A stretch of 64,000 bases of DNA, from the NCBI GenBank assembly GCA_963828805.1, contig CAWHGS010000048.1, positions 15,152 through 79,151 of the forward strand, written 5' to 3'. Made by a program: the position numbers and the translations under genes. The notes beneath the pieces were generated by a model. It searched no databases. It was not told the DNA's origin and saw only the letters and a program-made list of their open reading frames with translations. The stretch is from an uncultured delta proteobacterium (GTDB taxonomy: Bacteria; Desulfobacterota; BSN033; UBA1163). Positions 57,152 to 64,000 of this stretch are shown piece after piece (positions within the stretch are counted from its first letter, which is position 1; every line of letters starts with the position of its first letter).

Positions 57152-57900
57152 ATGCGGCACGGATAGCGGACCCGACATAAAGAATTGTATTGAAAGATTA
57201 AGGCGATCAAACGCGTCGGAAATTGTTTTGATTCTAGAGGCGCCGAAAGGAATTAAATCGGAAGGGTCGGCTCGGAATCTTTCCGGCCTCCTTCAACCCA
57301 CCCACCCTGGCCCATCTTGCCCTGATCAAAGAGGCAAAAAAACAGGGTAAGCTCGATGAAATTCTCATCCTACTGGATATTCAGGCGATGGACAAAGAGG
57401 CTGTGGGAGCAGCCTTTGAAGATCGTCTGACCCTGTTGAAAAAAGCCTTTGGAAGAGACCCGAAGGTTTCCATCGGCCTCTCAAACCGTGGCCGGTTTTT
57501 GGAGAAGATAAAACCCCTGAGAAAATATTATCCCGCACCTATTTCGTTTTTCTTCATCGTCGGCTTTGATACGATCCTTCGTGTCATGGACAAGAAATAT
57601 TATCCGAATCGGAGGAAGTCTTTGGTTGAACTGTTTGATCGGAGCCACTTCTTGGTGGCGAATCGAGAAAATGATGAGAAAAAGGAATTTGAGAAGTTCT
57701 TTAACAGGAAAGGAAACAGGGAATACGGGAAAAAGGTTTCGTTTCTTAACCTCTCCAGGAAGGTTTCCTTCATTTCTTCAAGCCTCGTTCGCAAGAGAAT
57801 CGCGGAAGGGAAACCCATCAAGGGTCTGGTTCCTGAAGCCCTTCTAAGGTGGATTCAAGAGAAGGGACACTATAAGAGAACGGCAATAACAAAAGGATGA
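57152..57900 (+). CDS. Nucleotidyltransferase, NadD/NMNAT-like (start frameshifted, approximate)
   Basis: In-frame upstream GIFPASFNPPTLAH, IVGFDT, ISSSLVR; adjacent to the CinA-C gene. Confidence 0.78.
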
Positions 57901-57946
57901 GACTAAAATTTGATAGAGACACGGGGCCTCTGGAAATGAAGCACTA

Positions 57947-58870
57947 TCATTTCAGCTGACGCCTGAATTGTTCGAACTGTTCGCGGGTGGGAAGGGAGGG
58001 CTGGGCTCCCAGAATGGTGACGGCATAGCCTGCGACCTCATTGGCAAGCCTTACAGATGTCTTTAGATCATTCCCTTCCGAGAGTGACCAGATCATGCCG
58101 GCGATAAACGCATCGCCTGCGGCAGTCGTGTCTATGGCCTTCACAGTGACTGCCGGGAAGAATTCCGCACCCTTTCGTTCCTTAATCATACACCCTCTTG
58201 CTCCAAGGGTAACAACGACTGCCTTGGCGTTTCCCTTCTCCAAAAGTTTTCCCGCAGCTAATTCAATCTCCTGATCTGTAGCCACGGGAAGACCGGTGAG
58301 CTCTGATAACTCTGTCTCATTGGGTACGATCAGGTCAGCGAGGCGGCAGATCTGATCGGAACCGTTTCGGTAAGGGGCAGGATTGTAAATGACCGTAGCA
58401 CCCGCCTCTCTTCCAATATGAGCCGCTCTAAAGTTGGTCTCCATGGGGATCTCATTCTGGATGGCAACGTAATCAGCCTGTTTTAATAAAGGGATAAAGG
58501 GATCAAGATCAGAGGGAAGAAGGCGCATATTGGCGCCGGGGATAACAACGATCGTGTTTGATCCATTATCAGCAATCTGGATATTGGCAATACCCGTGTG
58601 GGTCGAATCATCTTCCGTCAACCCACTTAAGTGGACACCGGCCCTTTCAAGGCTGCCTTTCAGGAGCCGCGCGTGATCATCCATCCCTACTTTTCCAATA
58701 TGGGTCACATGCGCTCCTAATCGGGCCAGGGCAACGGATTGATTTGCTCCCTTTCCACCAGGAAATATGTCAAAAGAATGGCCGAGGACCGTTTGCCCTT
58801 CTCGCGGCAGCGCAGAGGTGCAGACCACAAAATCGGCGTTGAGACTCCCAACAACCACGATCTTTTTCAT
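57947..58870 (-). CDS. rbsK: Ribokinase
   Basis: GSLNAD, GGKGANQ, PNETE, DTTAAGDAF. Confidence 0.93.
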   Translation of the reverse strand: MKKIVVVGSLNADFVVCTSALPREGQTVLGHSFDIFPGGKGANQSVALARLGAHVTHIGKVGMDDHARLLKGSLERAGVHLSGLTEDDSTHTGIANIQIADNGSNTIVVIPGANMRLLPSDLDPFIPLLKQADYVAIQNEIPMETNFRAAHIGREAGATVIYNPAPYRNGSDQICRLADLIVPNETELSELTGLPVATDQEIELAAGKLLEKGNAKAVVVTLGARGCMIKERKGAEFFPAVTVKAIDTTAAGDAFIAGMIWSLSEGNDLKTSVRLANEVAGYAVTILGAQPSLPTREQFEQFRRQLK

Positions 58871-59024
58871 ATCATATTCCGCCCAGTTACCCTCATCTGA
58901 GAGGGGGCATGTCCTCATTTTTCGACAGATTCGGATATTTTACAAGACCAGACAGTTTTTTCTTGAATTTTTATTCTTTTGCCTCATAATAGGATAATAC
59001 CTTATATAAAAGGAGGAGGGGCCG

Positions 59025-60050
59025 ATGAAGCTTGAAAGGTTCGAGGGCTGCTGGACGGCAATGATCACCCCTTTTGATCGTAAGGGAGAGATCGATTTCG
59101 AAGGGCTGGAGAAGAATATCCTCTTTCAAATCGAGCATGGAGCCAGTCTGGTCCCAACAGGAACAACCGGAGAGTCTCCCACTTTAGATTGGAGAGAGCA
59201 TGACAGAGTCATTACAAGAACGGTCAAATTGGCGAAAGAGAAAGTCTTTGTCATGGCCGGGACCGGCTCGAACTCGACCCGGGAAGCGCTCAGGGGGACA
59301 AAACACGCCGTTGAGGTGGGGGCCCAGGCGGCTTTGCTCGTTGATTGCTATTACAATGGCCCGTCTTCCCTGGAGCTGAGAACCCAGTATTACGAAGTGA
59401 TTGCAAGGGCGTTCCGTAAGACCTTCATCATGCCCTATGTGATCCCGGCAAGAACGGGAACAAAATTAGAAATCGAAGACTTGGCCATTCTCCATCGTAA
59501 TTGCAGAAATGTGAGATCGGTAAAGGAAGCCACCGGCGATCTGGGGAGAATGGCCCGGACGAGAACGCTTCTGGGAGAAGATTTTGATATCCTCTCCGGC
59601 GATGACGATAAGACCTACGAGATGATGACCCGACAGGATATCCAGGCCTCCGGGGTGATTTCGGTCATGTCGAATATTGTTCCGGGCCCCATCCATGAAA
59701 TGGTCAAAGGGATCAGAAACGGGGATTTCGAAAAAGCGAACCGCCTGAGGAACCATCTGGATCCCCTTTTTAAGCTGGTAACCGTCAATACAATCGAATC
59801 GTACGAAGGATTTAACGTCCCGACTAAATTCAGAAATCCCGTGCCCGTTAAAATGATGATGAAGGGACTCGGCATGCCATCCGGACCCTGCCGCCCTCCA
59901 CTTGGCAGGATGACGCCTAAGGGGGTGGAAATGGTCCGAAAGGCGCTCAGGGAGGTTTACGAGAAGGACAGAGAGATCCTTAAACCCATTCAGGAATTCT
60001 ACAGGGTCAACGTGGAAGAACGGCTCTCAAACGACCGGTATTGGAAATAA
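59025..60050 (+). CDS. dapA: 4-hydroxy-tetrahydrodipicolinate synthase family
   Basis: TAMITPF, GTTGESPTL, AGTGSNST, VKEATG, LSGDD, NPVPVK. Confidence 0.88.
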   Translation: MKLERFEGCWTAMITPFDRKGEIDFEGLEKNILFQIEHGASLVPTGTTGESPTLDWREHDRVITRTVKLAKEKVFVMAGTGSNSTREALRGTKHAVEVGAQAALLVDCYYNGPSSLELRTQYYEVIARAFRKTFIMPYVIPARTGTKLEIEDLAILHRNCRNVRSVKEATGDLGRMARTRTLLGEDFDILSGDDDKTYEMMTRQDIQASGVISVMSNIVPGPIHEMVKGIRNGDFEKANRLRNHLDPLFKLVTVNTIESYEGFNVPTKFRNPVPVKMMMKGLGMPSGPCRPPLGRMTPKGVEMVRKALREVYEKDREILKPIQEFYRVNVEERLSNDRYWK

Positions 60051-60181
60051 GGTGTCGAATTGTGTTACCATCAAAACCGATCATCACCCCCAGTCCCGCT
60101 TCCTGCCTGTCGCCTGCCTGCCGCTGGGCAGGGTGGACAGGTGTCAAAGGGAAGAGAGGGAGACCGTGAAGGGGTTTTTAA

Positions 60182-60748
60182 TTGATCCGCTCCTTTCTTG
60201 CGATTGAACTTCCGGAGGCGATCCGCAACAAGATTGACGAGATCCAGGGGGATTTGAAGTCGTCCCATGCCGATGTGCGATGGGTCAGTCCCGAGAAGAT
60301 CCACCTCACTCTCAAGTTTTTTGGAAACATTGAAGAGGCGAGGGTTGAATCCATTATCAAGGCAATCGAGAATCCCGTCCGTAACACCCCCGTCTTTACC
60401 ATGAAGGTCAGACGGATCGGAGCCTTTCCTCATTGGAAAGACCCCAGGGTGATCTGGATGGGATTGATCGATGAAAGAGGAATTTTAAGTCCTTTTCAAA
60501 AAGAGTTGGAAACGGAGCTGGAAAGCATTGGATTTGAGCCGGAAGCGAGGGCATTTCGGCCCCACTTGACTCTGGGTAGGGTCAATTCAAGCCGGGGAAA
60601 AGAGGGGTTGATCCAAAAGATGGAGAGGCACCAAGAGGAGGATTTTGGAGATTTTAACGTCGAGAGGATCGTTCTTTTTAAGAGCGACTTAAGACCGGCG
60701 GGACCGATCTATACTCTCTTAAGGGAAGTAAGGTTAGGAGGCCAATGA
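60182..60748 (+). CDS. thpR: RNA 2',3'-cyclic phosphodiesterase (2H family)
   Basis: Two HxT motifs (IHLTLKF, PHLTLGR). Confidence 0.93.
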   Translation: MIRSFLAIELPEAIRNKIDEIQGDLKSSHADVRWVSPEKIHLTLKFFGNIEEARVESIIKAIENPVRNTPVFTMKVRRIGAFPHWKDPRVIWMGLIDERGILSPFQKELETELESIGFEPEARAFRPHLTLGRVNSSRGKEGLIQKMERHQEEDFGDFNVERIVLFKSDLRPAGPIYTLLREVRLGGQ

Positions 60749-60858
60749 AAATTTCAGATTGTAGATTTCAAATTGCAAATTGAAAAACATCTGAGTCTTA
60801 ATTCGAAAATCGAAAATCTGAAATTATTCCCGCCTTTGGCGGGAGGGGGGAAAAAAGG

Positions 60859-61899
60859 ATGAAAACGGAGACAAAAACGGAGACAAAAGCGGATCCGAGC
60901 AAGGGCAAGGCAGTTGATCTCGCCGTGTCCCAGATTGAGAAGCAATACGGGAAGGGCGCGATTATGAAGATGGGCGAAGAAGGCATGCCCGGAGCGATGC
61001 CGGTCATCTCTACGGGTTCACTCGCCCTGGACCTGGCCCTGGGTGTAGGCGGATTGCCCAAAGGACGGGTGGTAGAAATCTATGGCCCGGAGGCCTCAGG
61101 AAAAACGACGTTGGCCCTCCATGTGGTTGCAGAGGCCCAGAAAAAGGGAGGGATTGCAGCCTTCATCGACGCCGAGCATGCCCTGGATATCCACTATGCA
61201 AAGAAATTGGGGGTCAAGGTTGATGAGCTCCTCCTCTCCCAACCCGATACCGGAGAACAAGCTCTTGAAATCACAGAGATTCTGGTTCGGAGCGGGGGTG
61301 TCGATGTGATCGTTATTGACTCGGTTGCGGCCCTCGTCCCCAAAGCAGAGATCGAAGGCGAGATGGGAGATGCCCATATGGGGCTTCAGGCCCGGCTGAT
61401 GTCTCAGGCCCTGAGAAAACTGACAGCCACCATCAGCAAATCGAATACGATCGTCATCTTCGTCAACCAGATTCGCATGAAGATCGGGATCATGTTCGGA
61501 AATCCCGAGACGACGACGGGAGGAAATGCCCTTAAGTTCTATGCCTCCATTCGATTGGATGTCCGGAGGATTGCCCAGATCAAACAGGGCCAGGACGTGA
61601 TCGGGAGTCGGACCAAGGTTCGCGTCGTGAAGAACAAGGTTTCCCCTCCCTTTAAAGAGGTGGAGTTCGACCTCATCCACGGAGAGGGGATTTCACGGGA
61701 GGGGGACGTTCTCGACCTCGCCGTGGATAAGAATATCGTTGATAAGAGCGGCACCTGGTATACCTACCAAGGTCAACGGATCGGCCAGGGAAGAGAGAAT
61801 TCAAAGCAGTTTTTAAAAGAGAATCCCAAGACCCTCGAAACGATGGAAAAGGAGATTCTTGAAAAGTTCCAGACCTTGAAATCAGGGTCCGTGGAATGA
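60859..61899 (+). CDS. recA: Recombinase A
   Basis: [26 protein letters not shown]. Confidence 0.98.
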   Translation: MKTETKTETKADPSKGKAVDLAVSQIEKQYGKGAIMKMGEEGMPGAMPVISTGSLALDLALGVGGLPKGRVVEIYGPEASGKTTLALHVVAEAQKKGGIAAFIDAEHALDIHYAKKLGVKVDELLLSQPDTGEQALEITEILVRSGGVDVIVIDSVAALVPKAEIEGEMGDAHMGLQARLMSQALRKLTATISKSNTIVIFVNQIRMKIGIMFGNPETTTGGNALKFYASIRLDVRRIAQIKQGQDVIGSRTKVRVVKNKVSPPFKEVEFDLIHGEGISREGDVLDLAVDKNIVDKSGTWYTYQGQRIGQGRENSKQFLKENPKTLETMEKEILEKFQTLKSGSVE

Positions 61900-61918
61900 G
61901 ACAGGGGAGGAAACAAGG

Positions 61919-63127
61919 ATGGATTTGAACCAGATCCTTTTGGAAGCTCTCTCCCAGGAGGCATCAGACGTTCACATCAAGGTTGGAAGCCCCCCGATCC
62001 TCCGGGTCAATGGGGCGTTGAAGGCATGGGGCAAGATAAAGCCTTTTGATCACAATGAAGTGTCGAAGATGGCCTTTGGGCTGATGAACGACTGGCAGAA
62101 AGAACGATTCATCAAGAACCGGGAGGTGGACATGGGCTATGAAGTCTATGGTCTCGGCCGCTTCCGGGTGAACGTCTTCCAGCAGAGGGGAAAGATCCGG
62201 ATCGCCCTTCGGATCGTTCCCTATCAGATCAAAACGCTGCCGGAACTTCATCTGCCGCCTGTGCTCAAAGATATTTGTCTGGAACAGAGGGGTCTCATCC
62301 TTGTCACCGGAACGACGGGAAGCGGGAAGTCCACAACGCTGGCCTCGATGATCGATATTATCAATGCTAACCGGAATTGTCATATCATCACGGTCGAGGA
62401 CCCCATCGAATTCATCCACGAGGACAAAAAATCGATCATCGATCAGAGGGAGATCGGTTCAGACACGAGCACCTTCTCGAGTGCCCTGCGTGTTGCCCTG
62501 CGGCAGGACCCGGATGTGATCCTGGTGGGTGAGATGAGGGATTTTGAAACGATTGAGACGGCCCTCACCGCAGCGGAGACAGGACATCTGGTCATGTCAA
62601 CCCTTCATACGCTGAATGCGACGGAGACGATCACCCGTATCATCTCTGTCTTCCCTCCCTACCATCAGAAACAGGTTCGGCTCCAACTGGCAGCGGTGCT
62701 GAAGGGGGTTATCTCTCAGCGACTCGTTCCGAGGGCGGATGGAATTGGCCGGGTACCCGCCGTTGAGGTCTTGATCTCCACGGCAAGGGTGAGGGAGTGC
62801 ATCACGGAAAAGGATAAGACCAATGAGATCAATGATGCCATCGCCAAAGGCCAAACGGCCTACGGGATGCAGTCCTTTGACCAATCCTTGATGTTTTTGA
62901 TGAAGGAAGGCTTAATTACTTACGATGAGGCCCTCAAACACTGCACCAATCCGGATGACTTTGCACTCCGGGTGAAGGGGATCCTCGCAACCAGCGACAC
63001 GACGTGGGAAGATTTCGAGGTCCTGGAAAAAGAGAAAGAAGAAACGAAAGGGACGGGGAAGCAGGAGGGTCCGGAGAAACCCGTAAACGTAAGAGTGAAT
63101 GACCGGGGAGGAAAAGAGTCTAAAACA
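61919..63127 (+). CDS. pilT: Type IV pilus retraction-type ATPase (PilT/PilU family); no stop before alaS
   Basis: ASDVHI, GTTGSGKST, EDPIE, LRQDPDVILVGEMRD, GHLVMSTLHT. Confidence 0.9.

Positions 63128-64000
<873 letters not shown>

Overview
A 64-kb origin-proximal chromosomal segment of an anaerobic bacterium, probably Desulfobacterota/deltaproteobacterial (inferred from gene content and order). Left (1-14 kb): molybdate and tungstate uptake (modBC, an HTH-PBP regulator, two tupA, tupBC), greA, glutaconyl-CoA decarboxylase alpha, YbhB, a cold-shock gene and a TctCBA transporter. Middle (14-29.9 kb): an accessory zone of small proteins and gene remnants (csp, comM, RAYT, a double-antitoxin chimera), then the standout structure. 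An intact RIT element (three tyrosine recombinases, perfect 31-bp terminal inverted repeats) sits between two different, convergent, four-gene IS21-like elements, and both istB genes are cut at the same Walker-B codon. Each IS21-like element also carries a Zn-finger ORF, a winged-helix-like ORF and a triad of roughly 78-bp-spaced DNA repeats. Right (29.9-64 kb): parS sites nearby, mnmE-jag-yidC-yidD-rnpA-rpmH, an unusual gyrA-dnaA-oriC-dnaN-gyrB order, and housekeeping genes through recA-pilT-alaS. Many essential genes carry single-base frameshifts, which points to uncorrected sequencing or assembly indels, so frameshifts alone are not treated as biology. No tRNA, rRNA or CRISPR array was recognised. 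All assignments come from reading motifs by eye; no searches were run.
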